Shown here piece after piece: positions 19,441 through 29,873 of a stretch of DNA of 64,000 nt; positions within the stretch are counted from its first letter, which is position 1; every line of letters starts with the position of its first letter. Source of the stretch: an uncultured Methanosarcinales archaeon (GTDB lineage: Archaea > Nanobdellota > Nanobdellia > Woesearchaeales > GW2011-AR9); NCBI GenBank assembly GCA_964362365.1, contig CAYIEF010000003.1, positions 79 through 64,078 on the forward strand. Reading direction: 5' to 3'. The notes beneath the pieces were generated by a model. The model was given only the letters and a program-made list of their open reading frames with translations. It did not search any database and was not told the DNA's origin. The position numbers were made by a program, and so were the translations under genes.

Positions 19441-19785
19441 ATGCCAACGATTGAAATAGTGAGATATAGGTGTCCTAAATGTGGAAAAGAATATGAAGAT
19501 TCAGCGAGAGGACATTTTCCTGGAAAACCTTGTAAAGAATGCACTCAATTGATGATTAAATTAACTCAGCTTGAAAGACAATTAATCGCTGAAGAGTTTT
19601 CTATTGAACAAGAAGATGAGAAGATAGCAAGACAGATGAACGACTTGCTTGTTAAAGAAAGTTCTGGCATTTCTGAAAATGATGAAAGATTGCTAACCGC
19701 TTTAACAGAAAGAATGCTAAAAGATGAAAAGAGAAGAAAAAGAATAATTAAACAGATATTAAGTTTACAAAAAAAGAAACGTTAA
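19441..19785 (+). CDS. zinc-ribbon plus coiled-coil hypothetical protein
   Basis: CPKCGKEYEDSARGHFPGKPCKECT. Charged helical tail. Confidence 0.4.
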   Translation: MPTIEIVRYRCPKCGKEYEDSARGHFPGKPCKECTQLMIKLTQLERQLIAEEFSIEQEDEKIARQMNDLLVKESSGISENDERLLTALTERMLKDEKRRKRIIKQILSLQKKKR

Positions 19786-19871
19786 TTCTACGGTTTGTGA
19801 ACGACAACTTTTCGGACGAAATTTTCCCCACTACGTAGGGGAAAAGGATATAACAGGATCTCTAAGATCTG

Positions 19872-20252
19872 CTATATTTTGGCATTTGTTAGCTTTCTTT
19901 GAGTATACTTTTCTTCGTGTTTTAATGCAATTTCGTGAGCACTTTCCCTCTTGTAATCATGATACTGCATTAGGCATATTTCTACAATTTCAGGTAATAA
20001 GCATAATCTTCTTTCATTTTCTGCTTGACCATTTGCAATTAAAACTAAACATTTCTGGGGTTTTTTGTAGATTATAGTTCCTTCAATTATTCTTTCTATT
20101 TCTTCTGGTTGTACAGATGCTATAGCGCTAGGAGCGGATTCAACACAACGATCAAAATATTTTATTATAAATTCAATTCCATTGTATTCCACTAAAGAGT
20201 CCGAAACTAGGCTTGCTTCATCTACAAGAGAATATAATTTATCATAATCCAT
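19872..20252 (-). CDS. hypothetical protein
   Basis: ORF only. Confidence 0.35.
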   Translation of the reverse strand: MDYDKLYSLVDEASLVSDSLVEYNGIEFIIKYFDRCVESAPSAIASVQPEEIERIIEGTIIYKKPQKCLVLIANGQAENERRLCLLPEIVEICLMQYHDYKRESAHEIALKHEEKYTQRKLTNAKI

Positions 20253-20264
20253 AATCGATTCTGC

Positions 20265-21686
20265 TCACTCGCTCAACTTACTTCCTCTACTTTTACTCTC
20301 TTCCCAGCCGTTAGCAGTGATCTGTATAAATTCTGCATTCTCCTGCATGCCTTTAATATCCCAAGCACCGCAGTAGCTGATGCCGCTCTGTAGCCCTTTT
20401 ACTAATCCTTTGATGACTTCTCGAACTGAACCTTTGTAGTCAACTAAAATGGCTACTCCTTCCACATACACGTCTAACTTTTCCTTGACTTTCTTGCCTT
20501 CTAAATTTTCTTTCCGTTCATGATTGCTGTCATAGGAAGCGCTGCCCATATAGCGCTTATAGCGTTTTCCGTCTTTGGTGATAATATAACCGGGCGCTTC
20601 ATCAGTTCCAGCGAAAAAACTTCCTGAATATATCGTTGAAGCTCCAGTAGCTATCGCCTTAGTTACATCGCCGGGATACTGCATGCCTGCATCAGCACTA
20701 ACCGGAACATCATACCATTTTGCGACCGAAACCACGTCCATAATGGCAGTAAGCTGCGGTACTCCTGCTCCGGACATGATTCGTGTTGTGCATACTGGAG
20801 AAGCGCCTATGCCTACTTTCAGTCCATCTGCGCCCGCTTCAATCAAATCCCTTGCGGCAGCGGCCGTAGCGATGTTTCCCGCCATCAAATCAACCTGTGG
20901 AAAATGTTGCTTAAATTCCCGTATGCGCTGAATCGCCAATTCAGAATGGCAGTGAGCAATGTCGAGGATGATAACATCAGCGCCAGCATCAATCAATGCT
21001 TTGGACCTTTCAATCGTGTCTTTCACTCCTACTGCAGCGCCCACACGTAAGCGTCCTTTCTCATCCCGTGATGCATTTGGCCATTGTTCTAACTTGCGTA
21101 GATCTTTGGTGGTGATCAAACCGCGAAGTTTTCGGCCATCCAGCAATGGAAGTTTTTCAATACGATGCCGGTGCAGTATTTCTTTGGCTTGTTGTAACTC
21201 TATTCCATAGGGGGCGCAAATGAGCATATCTCTTCCGGTCATAACTTCAGTAATATTTTTATCTAAATTTTCTTCAAATAAATAATCACGCGAAGTAAAA
21301 ATTCCGATAAGTTCTTCACCATCTACAACTAAAAGGCTTGTTACTCCCTCCGTAATCATGATCTTTACCGCTTCTCCGACAGTGATAGTAGGCGGTACAG
21401 AAAGAGGGTTTTCAATCACATAGCTGGTGCTTCGCTTTACTTTTTTCACTTCTTCCACTTGTTCTTCAATAGTGTTGAACTGATGAATGGCACCTAAACC
21501 TCCTTCTCGGGCCATGGCGATGGCCATTTTATGTTCAGTAACTGTGGCCATGTTCGAACTGACTAAAGGAATATTTAAGAAAACATTTCGAGTAAATTTA
21601 GTACGTGTATCTGCTTCCGTGCGTGAACGAAGAGGGCTCTTTTTAGGAACAAGAAGAACATCATTAAAAGTAAGCCCTAGCTTCAT
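20265..21686 (-). CDS. guaB: inosine-5'-monophosphate dehydrogenase (with CBS pair)
   Basis: IMPDH TIM-barrel motifs. GSFFAGTDEAPG-like region. CBS insert. Catalytic Cys loop (GIGASPVCTTR). Confidence 0.9.
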   Translation of the reverse strand: MKLGLTFNDVLLVPKKSPLRSRTEADTRTKFTRNVFLNIPLVSSNMATVTEHKMAIAMAREGGLGAIHQFNTIEEQVEEVKKVKRSTSYVIENPLSVPPTITVGEAVKIMITEGVTSLLVVDGEELIGIFTSRDYLFEENLDKNITEVMTGRDMLICAPYGIELQQAKEILHRHRIEKLPLLDGRKLRGLITTKDLRKLEQWPNASRDEKGRLRVGAAVGVKDTIERSKALIDAGADVIILDIAHCHSELAIQRIREFKQHFPQVDLMAGNIATAAAARDLIEAGADGLKVGIGASPVCTTRIMSGAGVPQLTAIMDVVSVAKWYDVPVSADAGMQYPGDVTKAIATGASTIYSGSFFAGTDEAPGYIITKDGKRYKRYMGSASYDSNHERKENLEGKKVKEKLDVYVEGVAILVDYKGSVREVIKGLVKGLQSGISYCGAWDIKGMQENAEFIQITANGWEESKSRGSKLSE

Positions 21687-21828
21687 TGTGAACCATCATT
21701 TTTAGAGAGTGTTATGGTTTAAATAGATTATGGATATGAAGGCAATATGTCTTCTCACCCGAGCATTATCCTGGTGTTGCGAGACTTGCGTAATCTTTAA
21801 AAAGAGAAAACTTCTTCAGTAATTTTTA

Positions 21829-22257
21829 ATGTCAAAGCTTGCTCTTTTTGATGAAGAGATATATTCTACGTTAGAAGTAATAATCGATTCTATCGCGCTC
21901 TATTTACCAGTAGGAACTGAAGGAGCTTCATCTTTTCCTGATAAGGAAATATTAGGGAAGCTGCAACAGCAAGGTTATAATCCAAAAATGTCTTGGGCTT
22001 TCCTTCGCGCCTGCTATTGGCACTTAGCTGATAAGAAAATAATGATAGTTGATTATTCTTTACGTTATCGTTTAACTGAGAAAATAAATGATGAGAGAAA
22101 AACAGATCTCTGCATGAAAATCTTCTCTGAATACGAGAACTATCTTCAAGCCAACTACGCTCGTTCTTTGATTGATCCTAATCCTTATCGTTTGCCTGAA
22201 AAAGCTCCGGACAGTTCTTCTGGTTTAAGACTGAGGTCTTTTTCTGGGGGGAAATGA
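21829..22257 (+). CDS. hypothetical protein
   Basis: ORF only. Confidence 0.4.
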   Translation: MSKLALFDEEIYSTLEVIIDSIALYLPVGTEGASSFPDKEILGKLQQQGYNPKMSWAFLRACYWHLADKKIMIVDYSLRYRLTEKINDERKTDLCMKIFSEYENYLQANYARSLIDPNPYRLPEKAPDSSSGLRLRSFSGGK

Positions 22258-22281
22258 GTAAAGAAATTCCTAAAAATTACT

Positions 22282-22373
22282 ACCCCGCAGCAAGCTACGG
22301 GGCATTACGCAATTTTTCAAGACGGAATTTCTAACTCCGCTTTGGGTGTAGATACGCAGCAAGCTGCGGGGTA
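22282..22373. repeat. MITE-like element with two GC-rich palindromes (CCCCGCAGCAAGCTACGGGG and CGCAGCAAGCTGCGGGG) about 70 nt apart
   Basis: GC-rich perfect or near-perfect palindromes in an AT-rich intergenic region. The same family occurs inside the RT gene at 39889-39970. Confidence 0.5.
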
Positions 22374-22441
22374 TGGACCCAAAGCCGGAATCAATAATTT
22401 CCTACCATAAATCTTAAAACTGATTGTTCTTCCTAAAGGTT

Positions 22442-23641
22442 ATGTCGCTCTTCACCATCAAATACGCACCTAAAAACTCCGATCAGGTCTTCGGCCAGCA
22501 GTTAGCAGTTTTACAATTACGTAATTTTATAACCCAGTACAAACAGCAGCAGCACAAGTCAGCGCTTCTGCTTGGACCTATTGGCTGCGGGAAAACTTCT
22601 TCCGTGTATGCCTTAGCTAAAGAATTAAAGTACGACGTGGTGGAATTAAATTCTTCTGACCTAAGAAATGCTGAAAACATTACGCAATTCCTTAACTCTG
22701 CTCTTGGACAGCAATCACTTTTCTTCACTCCCAAAGTTGTTCTAATTGATGAAGTAGATAATATTTCCGGAGTCGCTGATCGAGGCTGCATTCCCGCATT
22801 AATCAAAGCCATCGAAAAATCGTCTTTTCCGGTAATCTTGACCGCTAATGATATTGAAGACAGCAAATTCAAAGCCTTAGCAAAAGCATCGCAAGTCATT
22901 CCTTACCACAAACTTCAGTACAAAACCGTTTCTCATTGCCTGCAATGGGTCTGCGAACAGGAAGGCATAACATTTGATGAAAAAGCGGTAAACTCTTTAG
23001 CGCGGCAAGTTGATGGAGATATGCGCGCAGCATTGATTGACTTGCAAGGAAGTTCTTCCACAAAAAATATTACCTTTGCTGACGTTTCCAATCTTTCCGA
23101 CCGCAAGCGGACAGAAACTATTCTCAATGCGCTAATGGTTATTTTCAAATCTTCCTCAATAGAGACAGCTCTTCCTGCACTAGAGAATGTCGATCTTGAG
23201 CCGCGAGATACTATCCATTGGATCGATGAGAACATGCCTAAAGAATATCTCACTGCTAAAGCATTAGCCAAAGGATATGAACATCTTGCCCGTGCAGACG
23301 TCTTCCAAGGACGGATCATGAATAGGCAGCATTGGCGTTTCTTAGCGTACATTAACGATCTCTTAACCGCGGGAATTTCTTCTGCAAAGGAAGAAAAGAA
23401 TCCGCAATTTGTTCCATATAAACAGACCATGCGTTTCTTACGCTTATGGCAGTCCAAGATGAAGAACGCCAAGAAAAAAGAAATTGCCGCTAAGTTGGCG
23501 GCAAAGACACACACTTCCACTTCAGTTGCTGAACAGCAGGTTCCATATTTGCAAGTTATCTTTCAGAAAGGCACTGGAACCGATATTGCTCAGGAATTGG
23601 AATTGAATGAGGAAGAAGTGGAGTGGCTGAAAGGGAAATAG
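22442..23641 (+). CDS. rfcL: replication factor C large subunit (AAA+ clamp loader)
   Basis: MSLFTIKYAPK... Walker A LLLGPIGCGKTS. Walker B VLIDEVD. RFC-box organisation. Confidence 0.8.
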   Translation: MSLFTIKYAPKNSDQVFGQQLAVLQLRNFITQYKQQQHKSALLLGPIGCGKTSSVYALAKELKYDVVELNSSDLRNAENITQFLNSALGQQSLFFTPKVVLIDEVDNISGVADRGCIPALIKAIEKSSFPVILTANDIEDSKFKALAKASQVIPYHKLQYKTVSHCLQWVCEQEGITFDEKAVNSLARQVDGDMRAALIDLQGSSSTKNITFADVSNLSDRKRTETILNALMVIFKSSSIETALPALENVDLEPRDTIHWIDENMPKEYLTAKALAKGYEHLARADVFQGRIMNRQHWRFLAYINDLLTAGISSAKEEKNPQFVPYKQTMRFLRLWQSKMKNAKKKEIAAKLAAKTHTSTSVAEQQVPYLQVIFQKGTGTDIAQELELNEEEVEWLKGK

Positions 23642-23655
23642 AAGTTAACTCCTTC

Positions 23656-25098
23656 CTAAGGGATGGAATTAGTTAACCATTTTGCTTTTTCGTGGGCGTT
23701 TTTAAAAAGAGACTTTACTGATTGATGTCTCAAAGCGCGAGTAGCTATCGGAGCGTAAAAATCAGCCATGGTTAAAGCATATTTCCGTGCTTGAAAAATG
23801 AAGTCTTTCGGCGGAAGTTCTGGATTCAAATCATGATGCTTCCCTTCTTTGTATTCTTCAATAAATCGTTCCTGATCCAAAATGTGAATAAACCCTTCTC
23901 TGTTTCTTTGTGCAAACTCTCCCCACTGCTTTGATACATCATTCAATTTTCGAAGCTTAGCCCCATTCTCTTTCTGTTCCATCACCAGAGAGAGATAAAT
24001 AGTATCCCCACTATTTGCTTCATCAATATACTTATTTCTTCTGTCTAAATAACAAATCTGATGATGAAAATTAGCATCGAATGTAGCTCTTCTTTCTTGA
24101 GGAGTATACAGTAATCCTCCTTTTTGTTTAGTAAGCCGTACATAGTTACAAAAAGCTTTCAACTTTGCTTGTTTTTCTTCATCTGGAATATTTTTTACTA
24201 AGGTAATATTCCAATCGTTCCAAGGATGAAGAGTAATGTGTTCAGAATCGATGTCTATAGAAACATCTTGCTCCATAGTAAATACCGGATCTTTGTAGCT
24301 ACACCAGCCATTACCTTGTGCAAGAATTAGTTTTCTTTTTGCTTGAGTAACCTGGGCCTGGTCATTGTATGTCCAGAGCAATTCATCAACATAACGGAAA
24401 AGAAACCGATCAATATATTCTTGCTTTATAGAAAACATGCCATTCTCTGAAGAGAAGCATACGGAAAGCCCCATTGTTCCTTCCGGTAAAGAAAAATTTG
24501 TAAGCTTTTGGCCACTAGAAAAATAATCAAAAAATCCCTGTGCAGAATTAAAATGTCGGATGGTAGTATGCAGTTCTTCTTCAGTGAGTTCCTCCAAAGA
24601 AGTGTAAGGGATTTTCTTTACAGTCATTTCATCATCGTTCTGAAGACAAACTGATATGCTTCCTCCAATAGGTTCTCCGCGATGGATCTCTAGATGGCTA
24701 GGAAAATATTGCGCTGATCCGAATTCGCTGAAGAAAGGATCAACCAATAAATGTTTATTTTCCAAAGGAACATCAACAATAAAATGGTCTGATTCTAGAT
24801 TGTTATAGTTTATCGCTCGGAGGAGGCGAGGGTTAAGTCCCGCTACTTTGGTAACAACGTACGTTGCTATTCCTGCCTCGGCACAATTAAGTTGTTCCCG
24901 AACTTCATGAGGATAGCGAAGGGTTCTTCCTTGCAGAAGTGCTTCTCCTACTCCGTAGTCCAGCGCATCAATCCAGTCTCTAATAGCTCCGGCAATTGTA
25001 ATCGCTGGATGAAAAACTTCTTCCGTTACGGTCTTAGAAAGAATATCTCTTGCGAAGCTTATAGATTCTTCTGATAGTTGATTCACACCGGACTCCAA
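23656..25098 (-). CDS. large hypothetical protein with a transglutaminase-like (papain-fold) Cys/His/Asp signature
   Basis: QLNCAEAGIATYVV...ESDHFIVDV arrangement. Confidence 0.3.
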   Translation of the reverse strand: MESGVNQLSEESISFARDILSKTVTEEVFHPAITIAGAIRDWIDALDYGVGEALLQGRTLRYPHEVREQLNCAEAGIATYVVTKVAGLNPRLLRAINYNNLESDHFIVDVPLENKHLLVDPFFSEFGSAQYFPSHLEIHRGEPIGGSISVCLQNDDEMTVKKIPYTSLEELTEEELHTTIRHFNSAQGFFDYFSSGQKLTNFSLPEGTMGLSVCFSSENGMFSIKQEYIDRFLFRYVDELLWTYNDQAQVTQAKRKLILAQGNGWCSYKDPVFTMEQDVSIDIDSEHITLHPWNDWNITLVKNIPDEEKQAKLKAFCNYVRLTKQKGGLLYTPQERRATFDANFHHQICYLDRRNKYIDEANSGDTIYLSLVMEQKENGAKLRKLNDVSKQWGEFAQRNREGFIHILDQERFIEEYKEGKHHDLNPELPPKDFIFQARKYALTMADFYAPIATRALRHQSVKSLFKNAHEKAKWLTNSIP

Positions 25099-25106
25099 AC
25101 ACTCTT

Positions 25107-25412
25107 CTAAATCCTCTCGTATTGTTCAAAGTTTGGCAAAGATGCAGCTCCTGCAGGCCGCCAGAACTGACGAGGAGACTTCTCATCATTCGCTATTTTG
25201 TATTCTATCTTCACGGCGTATCTTGCTTCACCATCACAAACAGCAGTTATTTCTCTATACAGAGCGTATTTACTTCTATCAGTAAAAGGCAATCCTGCTC
25301 GTGCTTGAACTATTGCTTCTTCTGGTGTTTTTCCGTATCCTCGAACCACATTTGCTCTTCGTAATAAATCTGTTAGTCCCATATGTTTTTCACCCTTTCT
25401 CGCGATAACCAA
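25107..25412 (-). CDS. hypothetical protein (operonic with the 480-aa protein)
   Basis: ORF 9 nt downstream of the previous gene. Confidence 0.35.
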   Translation of the reverse strand: MVIARKGEKHMGLTDLLRRANVVRGYGKTPEEAIVQARAGLPFTDRSKYALYREITAVCDGEARYAVKIEYKIANDEKSPRQFWRPAGAASLPNFEQYERI

Positions 25413-25469
25413 TCTAATTTAAAAATGTTTCTAGATAAATTTATAAAATACACGTACATACACGGAAGC

Positions 25470-25694
25470 ATGGGAACAAAAACAATTTCAATATCGGAGG
25501 ATGCCTATGATATTCTGAAAGCCAAGAAGGAAAGTTCTGAGAGTTTTAGTGAGGTCATTGTCAGGATGTCCGGCAAGAAAAATTTATCTTCATTCTACGG
25601 AGCATTAAGTAAAGAGAGCGCAGATGCTTTAGAAAAGGCCGTTGCAGAAATTAGAAAGAAACATAGTTCGGCTCATGCAAAAAGAATACGATGA
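25470..25694 (+). CDS. vapB: VapB-like antitoxin
   Basis: MGTKTISISEDAYDILKAKK... small protein. 4-nt overlap with the PIN gene. Confidence 0.65.
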   Translation: MGTKTISISEDAYDILKAKKESSESFSEVIVRMSGKKNLSSFYGALSKESADALEKAVAEIRKKHSSAHAKRIR

Positions 25695-26086
25695 TTTTAG
25701 ACACTACTTTTATTATTGATTTGTTGAGAGGAAAAAATCTGGGAGTGAAAGAGAAAGCAGAAGAATTAGACCATCTTTTTGAAACTAAAGCAGTAGTATC
25801 CGTTAGCGTTATGGAACTCTGGCGGGGTGCTCTTCAAAGTGTTAGAAGAGAAGAAGAACAGAATAAGATCAACGAGCTCATAAAATCGTTCTTAGTATAT
25901 CCCTTTGATGAAAAAACCGCCAGGGAATCAGGAGAAATTGAAGCTGACTTAATAAAAAAGGGGGAAATTATTGATTTAGAAGACATAATGATTGCCGGCG
26001 TTGCCAAAGTGCACAATGAAACAGTACTGACACGCAACGTAAAACATTTTGAGAGAATCAATGGTTTGAGAGTAGAAACATACTGA
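25691..26086 (+). CDS. vapC: PIN domain ribonuclease VapC
   Basis: N-terminal MILDTTFIIDLL with conserved acidic residues of PIN. Confidence 0.75.
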   Translation: MILDTTFIIDLLRGKNLGVKEKAEELDHLFETKAVVSVSVMELWRGALQSVRREEEQNKINELIKSFLVYPFDEKTARESGEIEADLIKKGEIIDLEDIMIAGVAKVHNETVLTRNVKHFERINGLRVETY

Positions 26087-26278
26087 ATGACTGCAGGTTT
26101 ATCAATATTAAAAAGAAGATAAAAAGTACTTGTGACTAAACCAAACAGCAAATTATTGAAGGCAAAGCCTTCATCGTCCTTAAAAAATTATAACAATTTT
26201 TTGGGACACAAAAGGACCTTGTCCTTTCAGTGTTTCTTAACGGAAAACTTTAATAATCTTCCCTTACAATTAACTCTT

Positions 26279-27769
26279 ATGACTCATTCAGCGCAAGATT
26301 TAGCGGTATTCTGCAGGAAGAAGGGGTTCATGTATTCTTCATCTGAAATTTACGGCGGATTGGCAGGTTTATACGATTACGGCCACTTAGGGACAAAACT
26401 GAAACATAACTTTGAGAACCTCTGGAGAAACTATTTCCTCAGTTTGGATGATAACTACTTTGAAATCGAAGCCGCCAACATCATGCATGAAAATGTGTTC
26501 AAAGCTTCAGGACATCTGGAAAATTTTATCGATCCGATTGTAAGTTGTCCCAGGTGTGATTTTTCGGAACGAGCCGATCATTTTGTGCAGGCAAAAACTA
26601 AAACCAGAGCAGAGGGCCTTTCCCCGGAACAATTAACAAAACTCATTGAAAAAAATAACCTGCTTTGTCCAAAATGCGGTGCAAAGTTAAAACAGGTTTC
26701 AGTCATGAACATGATGTTTCCGGTTAATTTAGGAACGGGGAGAGGAAATCGTGCTTATCTTCGCCCGGAAACCGCCCAATCGCCGTTTGTTAATTTTAAG
26801 TTGCAATACGAATTACAAAGGAAAAAATTACCGTTAGGATTAGCGGTTATTGGAAAAGCATATCGAAACGAAATATCCCCTCGAAATTTCGTGCTTCGCC
26901 AGCGCGAGTTTACGCAAGCAGAATTGCAAATATTCTTTAATCCGGCAAAACTGAATGAACACAAATATTTTGACTTGGTGAAGAATTACAAAGTCAGAAC
27001 CTTGTTGGTCAAAGATAGAAATGGAAATCAGGAGCAAGTGGTGGAACATACCGCTCAAGAATTAGTTTCGCAAGGTCTTCCTCAATTTTATGTCTACCAT
27101 CTGGTAAAGATTCAGCAGTTCTATCTTGATGTACTAAAAATTCCCAAAGAAAAGCTTCGCTTTTACGAACTAGATGAAAAGGAACGCGCTTTTTACAACA
27201 AATATCATTTTGATATCGAGATTGAATTGCAGGAATTTGGATATACGGAAGTGGGCGGGGTTCATTATCGGACTGACCACGATCTGAAAGGACATGAGCG
27301 GGTTTCCGGACAGAAAATGGAGATCTTCGATGAAGAATCAGCTAGTAAGTTTATTCCTCATGTTTTAGAGCTCTCTTTTGGAGTAGACAGAAATACCTAT
27401 GCCTTACTTGATCTTAATTTTGATGATGATAAAGCAAGAGGAAATATTGTTTTGCATTTGTCATCTTCCCTGGCTCCTTTTTTCTGCGCAGTATTTCCTT
27501 TAGTCAAAAACAAACCAGAAATAACTGCCAAAGCAGAGGAAGTATATTCTCTGGTACAAAAACAATTCCCTTGTTTCTATGATGAGGCAGCTTCAGTAGG
27601 CCGGCGTTACGCTCGAGCAGATGAAATAGGGGTTCGTTATTGTATTACGGTTGATTTTGAAAGTCTGGAAGATAATGCTGTTACTCTGCGTGATCGTGAT
27701 ACTACGCAGCAGGAGAGGGTAAAGATTACTAAGCTTCTAGAACGATTGTCGGAATTATCTTCTGATTAA
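26279..27769 (+). CDS. glyS: glycyl-tRNA synthetase (archaeal/eukaryal type)
   Basis: EIYGGLAGLYDYGHLG motif. Class II motifs. C-terminal anticodon-binding domain. The ORF track extends to 26132, but the conserved start is near 26279. Confidence 0.85.
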   Translation: MTHSAQDLAVFCRKKGFMYSSSEIYGGLAGLYDYGHLGTKLKHNFENLWRNYFLSLDDNYFEIEAANIMHENVFKASGHLENFIDPIVSCPRCDFSERADHFVQAKTKTRAEGLSPEQLTKLIEKNNLLCPKCGAKLKQVSVMNMMFPVNLGTGRGNRAYLRPETAQSPFVNFKLQYELQRKKLPLGLAVIGKAYRNEISPRNFVLRQREFTQAELQIFFNPAKLNEHKYFDLVKNYKVRTLLVKDRNGNQEQVVEHTAQELVSQGLPQFYVYHLVKIQQFYLDVLKIPKEKLRFYELDEKERAFYNKYHFDIEIELQEFGYTEVGGVHYRTDHDLKGHERVSGQKMEIFDEESASKFIPHVLELSFGVDRNTYALLDLNFDDDKARGNIVLHLSSSLAPFFCAVFPLVKNKPEITAKAEEVYSLVQKQFPCFYDEAASVGRRYARADEIGVRYCITVDFESLEDNAVTLRDRDTTQQERVKITKLLERLSELSSD

Positions 27770-27793
27770 TTTAAATAACAGCAATTTTTATAA

Positions 27794-28393
27794 ATGCTTA
27801 AAAAATGGTTAGTAATTATGAAAAAGAGTAAAGCTTCAGAATACGAAATTCACAAGAAAGGCTCCTATGTTTCTATTGTTTTACTAATACTAATAGCTTT
27901 AACATTAGGGGTAGTAATCTATCTCTTATTCCAGCCTGGCGCGGAAGAAGGTTCTTCTATGCGGACATTGCTGCTTTCTATAATCGGTGTAACTGTATTT
28001 GTTCTGGTTTTGTATGTAGTTTGGGAATTTTCTGCTGCCAACCGCTTGCGCAGGATGCTCAAGAAAATCGAGCCGATGGTAAGCTCTGAGCCGATGGACG
28101 AAATTAAGAAATTATACTTAAAGGCCTATAATCTATACATGAAACTTTCTGAAAAAAAGAAACAGAATTTTTACAGCAGGGTGAACTCTCTACGCGAATC
28201 TCTCGAGGAACATTTGCAAAATGAAAAAAAATTAGAACGTCTTCTCCAAGATACAGAAAAAGGCAGTATCAGTGATCAGAAGAAAAAATATTTTGATCTT
28301 TACGCTATTTACGAAAAACTTCCTCAAAAAGTACAGAATAAATATTATCCTCAGATTGTGCAACTGCGGGATAGGCTAGAGCGGGGAAAGTAA
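27794..28393 (+). CDS. membrane-anchored coiled-coil protein
   Basis: TM helix followed by charged heptad-like repeats. Confidence 0.4.
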   Translation: MLKKWLVIMKKSKASEYEIHKKGSYVSIVLLILIALTLGVVIYLLFQPGAEEGSSMRTLLLSIIGVTVFVLVLYVVWEFSAANRLRRMLKKIEPMVSSEPMDEIKKLYLKAYNLYMKLSEKKKQNFYSRVNSLRESLEEHLQNEKKLERLLQDTEKGSISDQKKKYFDLYAIYEKLPQKVQNKYYPQIVQLRDRLERGK

Positions 28394-28399
28394 TCTCTT

Positions 28400-28705
28400 A
28401 TGAAAATTACAGAAGTACAGCCAAATCAAGGAAATATTACTCTCGAAGCGGAGATTGTTTTTAAAGAAGAGCCGCGCACTTTCAATAAGTTTGGAAAAGA
28501 AGGAAAGGTATGTAACGCAACTATTGCCGATTCCAGCGGCGAAATGGCCTTAACCTTATGGAATGATGATATTGATAAAGTGAAGGTAGGAGATAAGGTC
28601 AAATTGGAAAATGGCTGGTGTTCTGAATTTAAGGGGCAAAAGCAAGTCTCTGCTGGGAAATTCGGGAAACTGGAAGTTGTGAAAGCTACAAATAAGCTAA
28701 AATAA
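28400..28705 (+). CDS. OB-fold nucleic-acid-binding protein (SSB/RPA-like single OB)
   Basis: OB-fold pattern ITLEAEIV...GKVCNATIADSSGEMALTLWND. Confidence 0.5.
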   Translation: MKITEVQPNQGNITLEAEIVFKEEPRTFNKFGKEGKVCNATIADSSGEMALTLWNDDIDKVKVGDKVKLENGWCSEFKGQKQVSAGKFGKLEVVKATNKLK

Positions 28706-28733
28706 ATAATTAAATGATCAATAAAATAAAAAA

Positions 28734-29066
28734 ATGAAACTAAAACCATCCTTAAAACAAAAGAAACGGTATGTACTCTTCGAGATCCAAGCCGCTAAGG
28801 CATTCGCTCTTTCTGAAGTATCCGAAGCCATCGAAACCTCATTGCTGCGCTTCTTGGGTGAGCTGGGGATGGCCAAAGCCAGTCCGCTCTTTGTAAGGGA
28901 GAAATGGGACGAAAAAAAGCAAAGATTTGTGCTGAAAGTCAATCACAAATATGTAGATGAATTAAAAACAGCGGTCATATTAAACAAAAAGATTAAAAAT
29001 ACCCCCGTACTTATACGTTCTGTCCTGACTTCAGGCACGCTGAAGAAGATAAGCTCACATTTATAA
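28734..29066 (+). CDS. rnp2: RNase P protein component Pop5 (Rnp2)
   Basis: MKLKPSLKQKKRYVLFEI signature. Position upstream of psmA in the exosome superoperon. Confidence 0.7.
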   Translation: MKLKPSLKQKKRYVLFEIQAAKAFALSEVSEAIETSLLRFLGELGMAKASPLFVREKWDEKKQRFVLKVNHKYVDELKTAVILNKKIKNTPVLIRSVLTSGTLKKISSHL

Positions 29067-29125
29067 TAAACCGAAAATAATAAAGCAAAAGATAATCAAT
29101 AATAAAATAATAATCGCGATTTGAG

Positions 29126-29863
29126 GTGTTAAATATGCAAGCAAAACAACAACAGATGGTCGATAAGATGGGGTATGACCGCTCCATTACCATGTTTTCT
29201 CCAGATGGAAGGTTATTACAGGTAGAATACGCTAAGAAAACCGTAAAACAGGGTTCTACGGCTATAGGTATCGCTTGCAAGGATGGGGTTGTCTTTGTGG
29301 TTGATAAAAGAGTCACTTCCAAACTTCTGGTTCCAGAAGCAATCGAGAAGATGTTTGTCATTGATGACCATGTTGCTGCTGCCGCTTCAGGTATCATCTC
29401 TGACGCGCGAGTGTTAGTAGATAGAGCGCAGATGCGCGCCCAACAGCATGCGGTTACCTATGATTCCAAAGTAGACACTCTTTCCTTAGTCAAAGAAATA
29501 TGTGACATGAAACAGATCTGCACCCAGTCAGCCGGATTGCGTCCTTTCGGCGTTTCCTTGCTGGTCGGCGGGGTAGAAGAAGATGGTACTGTCAAGCTAT
29601 TCTTGACTGAACCTTACGGATTGTACTTCCAATACAAAGCAGCAGTCATCGGCGAAGGCGAGATGGAGATCGAAGCGCAGCTGCAGAAGCGCTATAAAGC
29701 CAGCATGACCGTTGACGAAGGATTGAAATTAGGAGTTACTTTACTCAAAGAATTCTTACAGGCAGAATTCAACTTTGATAGAGTAGATGCCGCGTACATT
29801 AACGTGGAAGAGAAGCGCTTTTACAAGCTTAGCAATGATGAGTTGAAGAAGCTGGTGAAGTGA
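29126..29863 (+). CDS. psmA: proteasome alpha subunit
   Basis: GYDRSITMFSPDGRLLQVEYA alpha-subunit N-terminal motif. Confidence 0.9.
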   Translation: MLNMQAKQQQMVDKMGYDRSITMFSPDGRLLQVEYAKKTVKQGSTAIGIACKDGVVFVVDKRVTSKLLVPEAIEKMFVIDDHVAAAASGIISDARVLVDRAQMRAQQHAVTYDSKVDTLSLVKEICDMKQICTQSAGLRPFGVSLLVGGVEEDGTVKLFLTEPYGLYFQYKAAVIGEGEMEIEAQLQKRYKASMTVDEGLKLGVTLLKEFLQAEFNFDRVDAAYINVEEKRFYKLSNDELKKLVK

Positions 29864-29873
29864 GTTATCGTTT

